The translations under genes and the position numbers were made by a program. The notes under the pieces were generated by a model that did not search any database, was not told the origin of the DNA, and saw only the letters and a list, made by a program, of their open reading frames with translations. A stretch of 64,000 nt of DNA from a virus: the IMG/VR virus record IMGVR_UViG_3300020034_000004, positions 1 to 64,000 of that record; one strand, 5' to 3'. This document shows positions 1 to 9,479 of the stretch, piece by piece (within the stretch, counting starts at the first letter, position 1; each line of letters starts with the position of its first letter).

Positions 1-150
1 CTTGTTGGCCTGGCTGAAGACCTTAACGGCATCCGGATGAATGCGACCGCGCGCGCCCTGCGCAAGTGACTTCGCAGCGGACTCCGGTGCCTTGTCCGGA
101 TTGGAAGCGAAGAACTCACGGATAACCTTCGCGGAAACGAGCTTGGACAT
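1..150 (-). CDS. Lsr2-like DNA-binding protein (partial, runs off window start)
   Basis: Manual translation MSKLVSAKVIREFFASNPDKAPESAAKSLAQGARGRIHPDAVKVF...; IRE..A and RGRI AT-hook-like motif; AGGAG RBS upstream. Confidence 0.65.
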   Translation of the reverse strand, partial: MSKLVSAKVIREFFASNPDKAPESAAKSLAQGARGRIHPDAVKVFSQANK

Positions 151-195
151 TAGTTACTCCTAAGTGTTGGGATTGTTTTTCTTGCGTTAGGTAGA

Positions 196-224
196 ACATT
201 ACCGAGTTATCGAAAGCCTGTCAA
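196..224 (-). promoter_or_regulatory. sigma70/HrdB-type promoter
   Basis: TTGACA-N17-TAATGT; similar TTGACA promoters recur at about 1333-1361, 1930, 2565, 3482, 4073 and 4690-4717. Confidence 0.7.
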
Positions 225-365
225 GTCTTTAGAACAACTACTTTGTGTTACTTAACCTTACCGTCCGGCAGGACAATTCCTAAAGAATCGAGATGATGAT
301 AAATGGTAGTAGTAGGACAAAGAATCCCAATAGACCCAATGTGATAATGCCTAATACAAATTGCA

Positions 366-803
366 TTAGAACTTAGACTCAATTACTACCCGTACCGGCT
401 CGCCCATGCGGGTGTTGACAATAGTAGGCTGGCCACACCCACACTGCACCAGTGATACCTGACAGTTATAGCACACCTCACGCAAGCTGCGCTCAACGCG
501 CTTGTTTTTGATTAGTTCAAGCTCGAAGGCGGCGTGCGTGTGATGATTGTACCTGTACGGCGCAATCTCTTGAATCTCCTGTGCACCATAAGACTTTGGG
601 TCACGCTTGACCGTGGTGACAGTCTTGGTTTCGCCCTTGGCGTCTGTGCGCGTCTCGGTGGCAATCGTGCCCTTGGGCCAGTCCGAGAACTGCATGCCAC
701 CCTCGGCGGCAGTCTTGAGCCGCTCATGGTTGACCAAAGAGATTCGCCCTCGGCTGATGGCTTCAATATGACCGTTATCCAATAGCCATTGCTTGGCTTT
801 CAT
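366..803 (-). CDS. Hypothetical protein with N-terminal RGRI (Lsr2-like) motif and Cys-rich C-terminus
   Basis: MKAKQWLLDNGHIEAISRGRIS...CYNC...CGC; ATGA overlap with upstream gene. Confidence 0.6.
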   Translation of the reverse strand: MKAKQWLLDNGHIEAISRGRISLVNHERLKTAAEGGMQFSDWPKGTIATETRTDAKGETKTVTTVKRDPKSYGAQEIQEIAPYRYNHHTHAAFELELIKNKRVERSLREVCYNCQVSLVQCGCGQPTIVNTRMGEPVRVVIESKF

Positions 804-1153
804 CGCTTGGCCTCCGCTACATAGATAGTGGTGCCGCAAACATACACGGCGGGAAAATGGTGGCCCATCAGGGCCTCCATCTTGAATTTAGTATTTCCGT
901 TGGAAGTCTTGCCCGCTTTGCGAGCAATGAAGAATCGCTCACCAATTCGGGTAATCTTGGTCAGATATGGCTCAATAGCCTCAGCAGGCTCACGCTGTTC
1001 TGTGAACTCATCCTCCAATTCACCAGCAATGGAGTCATCGGAAAACGTCACGTCAGACAGAGTGCACGCACCCATGCTATAAGGCTGCGCTCCCTTGCGG
1101 TGACGTTTAATAGTGATGTCAGCCTCGCGCACCCGCACAGTGACCTTTTGCAT
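800..1153 (-). CDS. Hypothetical protein
   Basis: ORF with GGAGG RBS, coupled to next gene. Confidence 0.65.
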   Translation of the reverse strand: MQKVTVRVREADITIKRHRKGAQPYSMGACTLSDVTFSDDSIAGELEDEFTEQREPAEAIEPYLTKITRIGERFFIARKAGKTSNGNTKFKMEALMGHHFPAVYVCGTTIYVAEAKR

Positions 1154-1183
1154 TATCCCTCCAAAGGGAATTGTTGATTAGCG

Positions 1184-1232
1184 TGTGACAGCAGGAATTG
1201 AACCTGACTAGCCCCAATATCTGGCCTGTCAC
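1184..1232 (-). ncRNA. Mini tRNA-like element (acceptor stem and T-arm, no D-arm)
   Basis: GTGACAG...CAGG-TTCAATT-CCTG-CTGTCAC-A. Confidence 0.45.
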
Positions 1233-1332
1233 GATGGTGCGTTAAATGATTTCTGTCGACGGGAGAGTGTGTCAGTTAACCATTACTCACCTGACATATC
1301 GTTACCGCCTTGACTTACTCTCACTTAGAATA

Positions 1333-1361
1333 ACCTTACTGCCTACCGGCCAATCTGTCAA
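1333..1361 (-). promoter_or_regulatory. sigma70-type promoter with GCCGGTA in spacer
   Basis: TTGACA-N17-TAAGGT. Confidence 0.65.
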
Positions 1362-1498
1362 GCGTCTAGCAAGTTTCTATTTCAGGCATTACCTTACACA
1401 TATTATTATTGTCGGTTGGCGGGTCGTATTCAACAGTGCTCGCAAATACAAACCAGCCCACCAATAGAGTCAATGCGCTTATGCCTGCAATTTGTAAT

Positions 1499-1675
1499 TT
1501 AGTCATCGTATTTCACACGACGAACGTCCACCTTGTTTCCGCGTCGGTCTGTGCGGCTGTAACGCTTGCGGTTGGCAACTGGCTCAGTCGCGCTGCTACG
1601 ACGAATCTCTCGCATAGCAGCAGCGAATTCCAGATTGCGACCCTTCGGCGTCTGAACGGTGCGACGAGTAGTCAT
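1499..1675 (-). CDS. Small basic hypothetical protein (58 aa)
   Basis: Manual translation MTTRRTVQTPKGRN...KYDD; AAGGA RBS. Confidence 0.55.
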   Translation of the reverse strand: MTTRRTVQTPKGRNLEFAAAMREIRRSSATEPVANRKRYSRTDRRGNKVDVRRVKYDD

Positions 1676-1706
1676 TCCTTTATCCTTTACTTAGATTAAT
1701 ATTTAT

Positions 1707-1898
1707 TTAAACGGAAATGTAGCGATGATGCATGCCAACGTAACTGTGCTGCCATGTGGCGTAACCTTCGCACAAACCACACAGAGGAACGATTGCGGGG
1801 TCAAGCTGACGGGTGCCAACCTCCATCATTACTTCGTGCAGGTGAAGCTCACTCCACGGGCGAGTTCCTCCGCAGTCCGCACATTTCATCGTTTTCAT
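1707..1898 (-). CDS. Small Zn-finger-like protein
   Basis: CADC...CGLC; promoter directly upstream. Confidence 0.5.
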   Translation of the reverse strand: MKTMKCADCGGTRPWSELHLHEVMMEVGTRQLDPAIVPLCGLCEGYATWQHSYVGMHHRYISV

Positions 1899-1953
1899 AA
1901 CCAAATCCTCTCATACAGATTGGCTTGTGTCAAACCCTGTCTCAGTATGTGAA

Positions 1954-2175
1954 TTATTGAACCTTGAAGTAGAACTTATCGCCCGGGATTTCCCACGCAC
2001 CGGTGACGTCCATAAGCCCTAGCTTGACTGCCACGGCTGCGGCTGCCTCTGCATGGCTGCGAGTGGCATAACCGTCCACGTAAGGCACTGTGGCTTGCTT
2101 GCCACCACCCTTAGCGGTTACCTTGCCGCGTCCGGTGACATCTGAACGGTATTCAGTCTTAATGAGAATGGACAT
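1954..2175 (-). CDS. Hypothetical protein
   Basis: ORF with GGAG RBS. Confidence 0.65.
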   Translation of the reverse strand: MSILIKTEYRSDVTGRGKVTAKGGGKQATVPYVDGYATRSHAEAAAAVAVKLGLMDVTGAWEIPGDKFYFKVQ

Positions 2176-2183
2176 GTTGTCTC

Positions 2184-2534
2184 CTAGGCAGCGTATCGGC
2201 TGCGGTCGAGTGTGTGATGTGCGTCGTTCTTTTCGTTAATCCATACGGTTTTCGCCGTCCAGACCTCATCACCGGGAATCAACACGATGACAATATCTTG
2301 AGTCTTGTTAAGCCCACCGCGAAACACAATCTTTGACACCTTACCGTCGCGAGTGCCGACTTCAACCACGTCGTACCACTCAAGCGTCATCGTGTCTTGT
2401 ACGGGCACGTCACCGTAGCGGTCTGACTTGGCCGCGCGCAGCGCATGGCTTGTCCACCGCAACCGGACCCGGCCGGTGGGCTTAACGAAACCGGCAGGGA
2501 GCACGATGTCTGAGTGGTACAGGATTTCGCTCAT
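2184..2534 (-). CDS. Hypothetical protein
   Basis: Start trimmed to MSEILYH, downstream of a TTGACA promoter. Confidence 0.65.
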   Translation of the reverse strand: MSEILYHSDIVLPAGFVKPTGRVRLRWTSHALRAAKSDRYGDVPVQDTMTLEWYDVVEVGTRDGKVSKIVFRGGLNKTQDIVIVLIPGDEVWTAKTVWINEKNDAHHTLDRSRYAA

Positions 2535-2593
2535 GAGTACAGTTAACCTTAATTCGTACCCGGCTGTCAAGTCGATAGTCAAGAAATCTCAAA

Positions 2594-2809
2594 CTACTTT
2601 GAGTCACTCAGAACGGACGCGGCGTCACTGTCCATACCGCAAGCGGTGTAAAAACGCTCAGGGTCGAAATTGTCGTTTAAGTTTTCGAAGTCACTTGCCA
2701 AACCGCGTGCGAGCCAATCAATGGCGTGACGGCCATCCCCTGTCCACTGCTCACGCTCAGTCTTAATGGTCTCAGCGATTGATTCAAAGTGTTTGCGAGT
2801 CATGCTCAT
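2594..2809 (-). CDS. Hypothetical protein
   Basis: GGAGG RBS, ATGA overlap. Confidence 0.65.
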   Translation of the reverse strand: MSMTRKHFESIAETIKTEREQWTGDGRHAIDWLARGLASDFENLNDNFDPERFYTACGMDSDAASVLSDSK

Positions 2810-3183
2810 GACAAAACCTCCGCGATGTTGTCGTACATTTGAATTAGGTCAGCCTCTGCTTTGTGAAATGCACATTGACTTTTGCCTTTTCTTACCACCC
2901 GCGCCGGCACATCATATTTCGAAATGACGTATCCATGCTTAAAAGCAGCATTAATTCCTTTGTGACCAAACCATACATACAACTGGTCAAACTCCACAAA
3001 ACCATACTGGTAATGCTGATGTGAATTCTTTTCAAATTTGCTAGAGAACACGCCATCTACTACCGGGCCGGGGTGATGAGCATCTGATGTGCCCGACAAT
3101 CCCATTTCAACCCAAAGCAGCGGCGAGCTGGTGCAGTATGGACCGAAACCTGTTATCATGTGCTCTACCCGGTAGACAATCAC
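2806..3183 (-). CDS. Hypothetical phage protein
   Basis: GTG start; YRVEH...GPY...HPGP..DG...YGF pattern. Confidence 0.55.
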   Translation of the reverse strand: MIVYRVEHMITGFGPYCTSSPLLWVEMGLSGTSDAHHPGPVVDGVFSSKFEKNSHQHYQYGFVEFDQLYVWFGHKGINAAFKHGYVISKYDVPARVVRKGKSQCAFHKAEADLIQMYDNIAEVLS

Positions 3184-3259
3184 AATGACCCCTAAGTCAG
3201 TATTTGATGATGCCCTTTGTAAGGCTACCGGCCTTTGGCCGGTAGCCAAGCAAAAGAAA

Positions 3260-3451
3260 TCAGAACTCAAGTCCAAATTCGCGATGAGCTAAATCCGGGT
3301 CGTACTGCTCACCCATCCACTCGTCATACTCGTCGTAGTACTCGGACAAATCGTACTCGTAGTCATCAGCCGGGTACTCATAGAAGGGAAGCGTCTCCTC
3401 CATCTCAGAGACAGTCAGGTAGTCGGTCGGGTTGCTGTGGTCAATGTCCAT
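3260..3451 (-). CDS. Small acidic protein (probably leaderless)
   Basis: D/E/Y-rich; -10 element 6 nt upstream of ATG. Confidence 0.6.
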   Translation of the reverse strand: MDIDHSNPTDYLTVSEMEETLPFYEYPADDYEYDLSEYYDEYDEWMGEQYDPDLAHREFGLEF

Positions 3452-3460
3452 ATGAGTAAA

Positions 3461-3934
3461 CTACACCCGCACCTTGCGTGTGTCAACCCACTTGAGCACA
3501 TATCTTGCGTCGTAGTTGCGTGAGCACTGTCCGCAACTGGCTCCAGCCTTGATTCCCTTGGACATTTTGTGGCGACCCGACGTATGTCCGTTAGGACATG
3601 TTCCAACATAGCGATATGGAAGTGATGCCCGTGCCTCAGGCTTCAGGTCAGAATGTGTTTTCCCATCTCCACCCAAAGCAATGAATTTGCGTTGCCAGAC
3701 AGCATCATGTCGGTGTCGTGGTGTGAGCGCATGAGCAATCTCATGCAACACAGTGTTGTATACCTCAGCCTCGGTTCGAACAGCCGTGAGATAGCGTGAC
3801 AAAGAAATCTGTTTCGTGTCATGACAACACTGCCCATACCGTGCCTTAGCGTTGTCCAGCTTGACAGTCCAACCTTCAAGGCCATGCAAGTGCATGAGTG
3901 CACGTGCTTGCCTGAGTGCGTCGTCGGGATTCAC
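3461..3934 (-). CDS. SprT-like Zn metalloprotease
   Basis: LHEIAHA HExxH motif, HDAVW, C-terminal Cys motifs. Confidence 0.85.
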   Translation of the reverse strand: MNPDDALRQARALMHLHGLEGWTVKLDNAKARYGQCCHDTKQISLSRYLTAVRTEAEVYNTVLHEIAHALTPRHRHDAVWQRKFIALGGDGKTHSDLKPEARASLPYRYVGTCPNGHTSGRHKMSKGIKAGASCGQCSRNYDARYVLKWVDTRKVRV

Positions 3935-4208
3935 TAAGACTCCTTAAAGAAGGTGGTCCATCTCAATGACATCGTCGCTGTCGTCGTTCAGCAGCGCGAT
4001 GATTGCCAACATGTTGTCTACCTGCTCTGATGTGGTATCCATAAGAGAAATCTAGACTCCCTATCGGCGCGTGTCAACAGTTGCATCTGATTACTTTGTG
4101 TTATATTACTAAGGCAGTAGCGGTCCAGCGATGTTGGCAAAACCAACAAGCATCGCAATGATACCAATGATGCCACAGACGAGACCGAATCCCTTACCCC
4201 AGTTCATG

Positions 4209-4415
4209 TCAGTATCCAATCAGCTTGACGGGCTCATCATACAGAACAATGATTTCAACCGTGTCATCAGACATGTGTGACCGACCAGTGATTGTAACAA
4301 GGTAGCTGTCAGAATCATCTTTGCTTCGTACGGTGATTGCATCGTCACCATGCCAAATGAAATCACCGGATTCCAGCGTGTCGGCCGGTACCGTGTCGAT
4401 AACCTGGTAATCCAT
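4209..4415 (-). CDS. Hypothetical protein
   Basis: GGAG RBS before MDYQVID. Confidence 0.55.
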   Translation of the reverse strand: MDYQVIDTVPADTLESGDFIWHGDDAITVRSKDDSDSYLVTITGRSHMSDDTVEIIVLYDEPVKLIGY

Positions 4416-4683
4416 AATAATTTCTCCAAAGTCTCTTGACAAAATTAGCCATAGCCTTACAGTCACTAATCATTTGCTCAGTCAACAGGACTAGAGCGTA
4501 GATGAAAAGTCCGACGAATACAAGCGCTAGAACGAACCAAGTCCAAAAAGGCACGTAGACGGTTACAGAGTGCAGAAAGGATTCCCATCCGATACCGGCC
4601 GTAAGTCCGCTAAGAAAGCTGGACCCCGCCAGGAGAGCACGCACGGCGAGGCGTGCGGTGAGCCACTTCATTATCCTTTTCAT
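4363..4683 (-). CDS. Membrane protein
   Basis: Two hydrophobic segments; leaderless start 6 nt after -10. Confidence 0.55.
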   Translation of the reverse strand: MKRIMKWLTARLAVRALLAGSSFLSGLTAGIGWESFLHSVTVYVPFWTWFVLALVFVGLFIYALVLLTEQMISDCKAMANFVKRLWRNYYGLPGYRHGTGRHAGIR

Positions 4684-4721
4684 GTCTCCACATTACCTCA
4701 TACACAAGGCATGTCAAGCCG

Positions 4722-4855
4722 ATTTGTGTAACAAATTGGTAACGGTTTGTAACCAATTGATAACATTTGCGTATGCAAATATCGTTTGCAATTGCAAAGT
4801 TACCCGCGGGTAACTTACTGCTGGGTAAGTTACCGTTCGGTAACCGGACGTCCGG
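4722..4855. repeat. Cluster of tandem palindromes rich in GTAAC/GTTAC at a compositional boundary
   Basis: ATTTGCGTATGCAAAT, TTTGCAATTGCAAA, AAGTTACCCGCGGGTAACTT, GTTACCGTTCGGTAAC, CCGGACGTCCGG. Confidence 0.7.
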
Positions 4856-5016
4856 GTCGGGGCCCTCGGAACGAACATGCTCTTTACGAAAGGCGGTCGA
4901 AAGTTACGAGACTTTATTTTGTAAATATTCAATTGCAGATTGTAAAGATTCGATATCATCTTGAAACATTTTTCCGAAAAACCCAACTTACGAAAGCCTA
5001 CGCGATTACGATTGAA

Positions 5017-5325
5017 TTAAAAGGGATGAGGCTTTTGAGACAAATAGTCAAAATAATCCTTCGTCTTCCTGAATTCATTAAGCCGGTCGTCAGCCTCAGT
5101 ACCGGCTTTTTCTGCAAGGTTGGCCTTTAATTTTTCCTCAACCTGTAGAATAAAGCTTAGGATACCATCAGCAGCCGTGTCAGCATGTTCACCAACAAGC
5201 TCTGCTGCATCATTTGTGAAAAAACTTATCTTATCTGCGGTCTTACCAACGAAATCCCTCAACTTCTCAGAAGTCTCAAGAACCTTATTTATATACTGTG
5301 TGTACTGCTCATTCTTGGTAGTCAT
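5017..5325 (-). CDS. Hypothetical protein
   Basis: ORF with RBS. Confidence 0.6.
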   Translation of the reverse strand: MTTKNEQYTQYINKVLETSEKLRDFVGKTADKISFFTNDAAELVGEHADTAADGILSFILQVEEKLKANLAEKAGTEADDRLNEFRKTKDYFDYLSQKPHPF

Positions 5326-5410
5326 TATTTACTTCCCTTAGTTAATTTTATTATGATATTGTGGATAAATCATTGTAGAACATCAATCTTCTTTTTGTTA
5401 AAGACTAAAT

Positions 5411-5440
5411 TGATATACCGGCCCGAAAGCCGGTATATCA
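5411..5440. terminator. 12-bp inverted repeat built on TACCGGC
   Basis: TGATATACCGGC-CCGAAA-GCCGGTATATCA right after the 5447 stop. Confidence 0.55.
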
Positions 5441-5446
5441 ATAATT

Positions 5447-6100
5447 TCACGTACCCCATGGATATAGATTACGAAGCCGTGTCAAATCAAGCTGGCTTGC
5501 CCAGGTTGGAGTAACCAAGACGTTATTCATAATGCTATCAGTTCTGTCAACATGCTTCAGCCCAAGCAAATGTCCTACTTCATGACCCAACATATTGGCT
5601 TGCCAATCGTCTCTGCCTTGAGTACAGAAAGTACCATTGACTAGGCGAGTATTTAAGAACACCCTCATTTGCTTCACCCTTGCATTGGCATAAGGCACAT
5701 GAGCAAATCCACAATAGTCATAATAAGGATGTCCAGGAGCCGGGGTATATGGTTGAAACACAATTTTTTGTGATTCTGCTACTCCAGCACAACCATACCC
5801 ATCGTTATAGATATAGAAGTCATCCAGTAGGTCGTAACGCTCCATTACGTTAGTTACTAATTGCAACTGGAATCCCAAGTAAGCTACATTGGAAGTCCAA
5901 CAGATAACACCGTTATTGGTTCTCCATCCAGCATAAGGATAATTTCCATATGCTTCTGGTTCATACACTGTTCCTGTTTCTGGAACATTGTCTGTTGTGA
6001 CTACCGGCCCATCGTTTCTATGGTCGTCAACCGCATATGCATTCACCGGTACAAGCAATGCTGCAAGCAGCATGGCAATTATAATAAAATACCTTCTCAT
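5447..6100 (-). CDS. Secreted matrixin/M10-like Zn metallopeptidase
   Basis: Signal peptide; HEVGHLLGLKH (HExxHxxGxxH) and SIM Met-turn. Confidence 0.8.
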   Translation of the reverse strand: MRRYFIIIAMLLAALLVPVNAYAVDDHRNDGPVVTTDNVPETGTVYEPEAYGNYPYAGWRTNNGVICWTSNVAYLGFQLQLVTNVMERYDLLDDFYIYNDGYGCAGVAESQKIVFQPYTPAPGHPYYDYCGFAHVPYANARVKQMRVFLNTRLVNGTFCTQGRDDWQANMLGHEVGHLLGLKHVDRTDSIMNNVLVTPTWASQLDLTRLRNLYPWGT

Positions 6101-6312
6101 ATTTTATGCTCCATTCCCGTTACACCTTTAGTCGTTAACTTATTGATAATCTTTTCAATGGCACCCGGCTCAATTGCATCGTCAATGTTTATTATATAAC
6201 GAGGCCCGTTTCTCATCTCGACTATCTTCACCAACTCTGCGTTGATACTATCCAAAGACCTGTGAATACGTTGAAGTTCTTGAATTACTTGACCTTCATA
6301 AAATGCTGTCAT
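6097..6312 (-). CDS. Hypothetical protein
   Basis: GGAGG RBS. Confidence 0.6.
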   Translation of the reverse strand: MTAFYEGQVIQELQRIHRSLDSINAELVKIVEMRNGPRYIINIDDAIEPGAIEKIINKLTTKGVTGMEHKI

Positions 6313-7168
6313 CTTCCACCTCCAAACAATGTCTTAAGGAAGATGGCTACCTGACTGAATACATGAAGAAGTATATCCCAAGCAGACCTAATTAGTACGG
6401 CCAGTCCTGTGGGGTCATCCAATAACCAATAAAGTAACAATCCTATAACAATTATTCCTAATAAGAATCTTAGATTCAAGATATACTTTTCCTCCTGCGC
6501 TTACGTTTAAGTGTTGTATCTATTCCAAGCACCGGCCAAACGGTGGCCTCGCGTATCTTCCAATCTGGATGACAAGAACATGTGCATCTCAGCGATGGAC
6601 AAGGCTTTGAATACTGATATTCTATACCATCTATAGCACAATGTCCATCAATACACCATCCTGCTTTGCTCAAGATATATAGCCGCCCTTCTTAAAGTTT
6701 CGGGATTATAATCCTGAACTAGCCATTATGGATGTGGCCTATTTGGAAAATCAATGTTACGCCAGATTTCAAGTTCTGTATACAAATTTAAATTTAACAT
6801 ACCGTAAGCGTCATCTTCAGACCAAAATATATCATCAACGGTTATGCTATCTTTTGCTTCCCACCAGACATTCGACTTTTGATTAAAGATTTTATTAAAA
6901 ATTCTTCTCATTTCACTCCTCAATCACTGTAAATCTAGATACCGACTCAACCCTTGAAGTGACGCACTGTAATCTTGTCCTTCATAGAATTTTCTCCTTT
7001 ATTGCTTTCACTCTATGTCTAGGGATTTTAAGCAACTGAACATGGTCTTTTTGGGTCGGTAAGATTTGATAAATAACATAATCAGTACCACTCAGCATGT
7101 AATAAATCCAACCATGGAAGTTTTGATTACCGCCACCCCATGCTTCCTGATATTCGACGGTGATGGTT

Positions 7169-7753
7169 TTAAAATTCATCGGATGTCTCTCTGAGTACCG
7201 GCTTTTTGATATCTAACTCCAACTTGTCTGTTGCTTCTTTGATTGCAACCATACGCTTTTCGAAATCAGCATTTTTTTCTTCTCTGGACTGAACCATGGG
7301 TGGTTTTACAAAGAAACGCCAATCCGCACCCCTTGAGAGCGTGAACTTTTTAGCTCCATTATATCCACCCCAGACTACCCATAGTACAGGAAACAGTGTG
7401 TATGTCAAGAGTCCAACACCAAGCAATCTTAACCACTTGTCCCTGAATGAATAGCAACTGCAAACCTCTTTATATTTGGGCTTGCTATGGGCTTTGGAAC
7501 GCCCAAACAAATCGAAAGGACTTGAACTACAAGTGGCTACGTGATTAAGGACATTATGGTCTGTGTCGCCGAATCTTTTTCTTTCACCACACTCCATGCA
7601 TCTGAATCTATTTCTTTTGCATTCAAGTGAGTGATAAGTCTTGGCGCTCTCAACAGCATAAAAGCCGGTACGCTTAAAGGTAATCGTACCGGCTCCTAGC
7701 CAAATGGTGATACCCACTAACCAGATAAATAACTCAATCATATACTTCTCCAT
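7169..7753 (-). CDS. Membrane protein with Cys motifs
   Basis: Two TM segments, CMEC. Confidence 0.6.
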   Translation of the reverse strand: MEKYMIELFIWLVGITIWLGAGTITFKRTGFYAVESAKTYHSLECKRNRFRCMECGERKRFGDTDHNVLNHVATCSSSPFDLFGRSKAHSKPKYKEVCSCYSFRDKWLRLLGVGLLTYTLFPVLWVVWGGYNGAKKFTLSRGADWRFFVKPPMVQSREEKNADFEKRMVAIKEATDKLELDIKKPVLRETSDEF

Positions 7754-7845
7754 TGATTTCTAGTTTGTCCATACCAAAATAGGGGAAGTCGTGGCTTGTA
7801 TTTTCCTAATACAGGCCAACACTGTTAGAATAATATGAAATGTTA

Positions 7846-8565
7846 TCACCCTCGTCTTCTTTGCTTCATTGTTGCATCCAATGAAACTTTCCCCGAGAAG
7901 GTGGCGTCTCGCAGCTTCGGGTACATATCGAATACTCTCAGTGACCGGAGGGTATTAAAGCGAAACATTTTACTCAGTTCCATCTGAATACGTTCATCAG
8001 AAATGTTTTCACGGAGACTGTCAAGTACCGGCTTAAATTCTAGTGCATGACTCAGAGACTTCTCAATTTGGAATCCCTTGGTCACACAGAACCTAACGGC
8101 TCTCAACGCGCGCAGCGCGTCTTCTTCCAGACGCACTACCGGGTCATCCACAGCAGCAATAGTTCGATTGGCAATAGCCATCTGACCATTGAATGGGTCA
8201 ATAAATTCACCGGACTCACTCTTAGCTATCGCGTTGCAACTAAAATCCCTGCGAGACAAATCCATAATTAGAGTACCCGGTTTTACCCAATCAGGTCTAC
8301 GACCATCAGAATATGGCCCTTCTTCTCTAGCCAGGACAAAATCTGCATTATCACCATTTGGTGCCTTAGCTCGAATAGTGTAGTGTTCGGGACTCTCGAC
8401 ATAAATTTTATATCCGTCAGAAAGAAGTGCTGCGCGCATCGCTTCAAATGGGTCAGTGAATCCAATCATATCTTCATTGTCAAGAACTACGGTATAATCC
8501 AAATCTTTAGATGGTAATCCCAGAATCTCATCCCGACAAGCCCCACCTACTAGATATGTGTCCAC
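7846..8565 (-). CDS. cca: tRNA nucleotidyltransferase (CCA-adding/poly(A) polymerase family)
   Basis: VGGACRD..LG...KDLD, DLSRRDFSCNAIA, EDALRALRAVRF; GTG start after GGAGG. Confidence 0.9.
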   Translation of the reverse strand: MDTYLVGGACRDEILGLPSKDLDYTVVLDNEDMIGFTDPFEAMRAALLSDGYKIYVESPEHYTIRAKAPNGDNADFVLAREEGPYSDGRRPDWVKPGTLIMDLSRRDFSCNAIAKSESGEFIDPFNGQMAIANRTIAAVDDPVVRLEEDALRALRAVRFCVTKGFQIEKSLSHALEFKPVLDSLRENISDERIQMELSKMFRFNTLRSLRVFDMYPKLRDATFSGKVSLDATMKQRRRG

Positions 8566-8682
8566 TTCTTCCTCCGAACAATAAGGCTGATATTTGTTTG
8601 GTCCACACCATAATACGGCCATTAGCAACCGCAGTATTGTATTCTCTAATTAGTAGGTCAAATTCGCCATTCGTCACATCGT

Positions 8683-8892
8683 TCATATGACCTCCAGTAA
8701 AGTAATCGAGCCACCATCATCAATAGAAAAATCACCTTCATCAGGATTACCAGCGACCTCTAAGCCCATGTCTATAGCATCTTCCCAGGTACAGTTGTTA
8801 TCCTCGTCTTGCACAGCACGAGCCAACTGACGATGATTTTCGGCAAAAATCATAACTTCGCCATTACGACCTTCATAGACCCAAATTTTCAT
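8683..8892 (-). CDS. Hypothetical protein
   Basis: AGGTG RBS. Confidence 0.55.
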   Translation of the reverse strand: MKIWVYEGRNGEVMIFAENHRQLARAVQDEDNNCTWEDAIDMGLEVAGNPDEGDFSIDDGGSITLLEVI

Positions 8893-9032
8893 ATCAATTC
8901 ACCTTTTTCGGAGGTACATAGTTGAGTCCAATAATATCATTCGTCACATTCTAGCAGAAGTGCGGTATGAAGTCCAGAGCGTCTAAAACCAATGCTATAG
9001 ACATCCGATGTCTTACCACTTCAATCTATGCC

Positions 9033-9479
9033 TCATAGATTCCATACCTCAAATTCGAATCCGGGAACAACTTCCTCGATTAATAGTAAACACTTTTCAA
9101 CCTTATCCCACTCTAAACCACCGATTCCGCAGCCGATTTGAGGAAGAGCCATGGATTCATAACCCATATCATGCAATTTATTAGACGCGCGATATACAGA
9201 TTGAAATAACCAACCATAATCAGCATTTGGACCTGGGGAATCCTGCGTAGCTAAATTGACAATAGCTTTAGGCATATTGTTATATGTTTCATGATAAATC
9301 ATAAACATGCCTGGCGTTAGGATTTTGCAAGTACACATGTGACGGTATTGACCGTAATTATTAGGAAAATATTTCTTAAAACTCTTTGCAATACCGGCCT
9401 CCATCTGTCCGGAGCAATTCACGCCGTGCCCAATAGTTGATTCAGTTGTGCTAAATAAATCCCCATGTCGCTTAATCAT
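9033..9479 (-). CDS. Macrodomain (ADP-ribose-binding/hydrolase) protein
   Basis: GDLF...HGVNC.G.M.AGIA, ALPQIGCGIGGL.W. Confidence 0.88.
   Translation of the reverse strand: MIKRHGDLFSTTESTIGHGVNCSGQMEAGIAKSFKKYFPNNYGQYRHMCTCKILTPGMFMIYHETYNNMPKAIVNLATQDSPGPNADYGWLFQSVYRASNKLHDMGYESMALPQIGCGIGGLEWDKVEKCLLLIEEVVPGFEFEVWNL

Noticed and set aside
4714-5130. ORFs across the palindrome cluster
   Set aside because: No RBS or protein-like motifs; the region is better explained as a cis-acting site.
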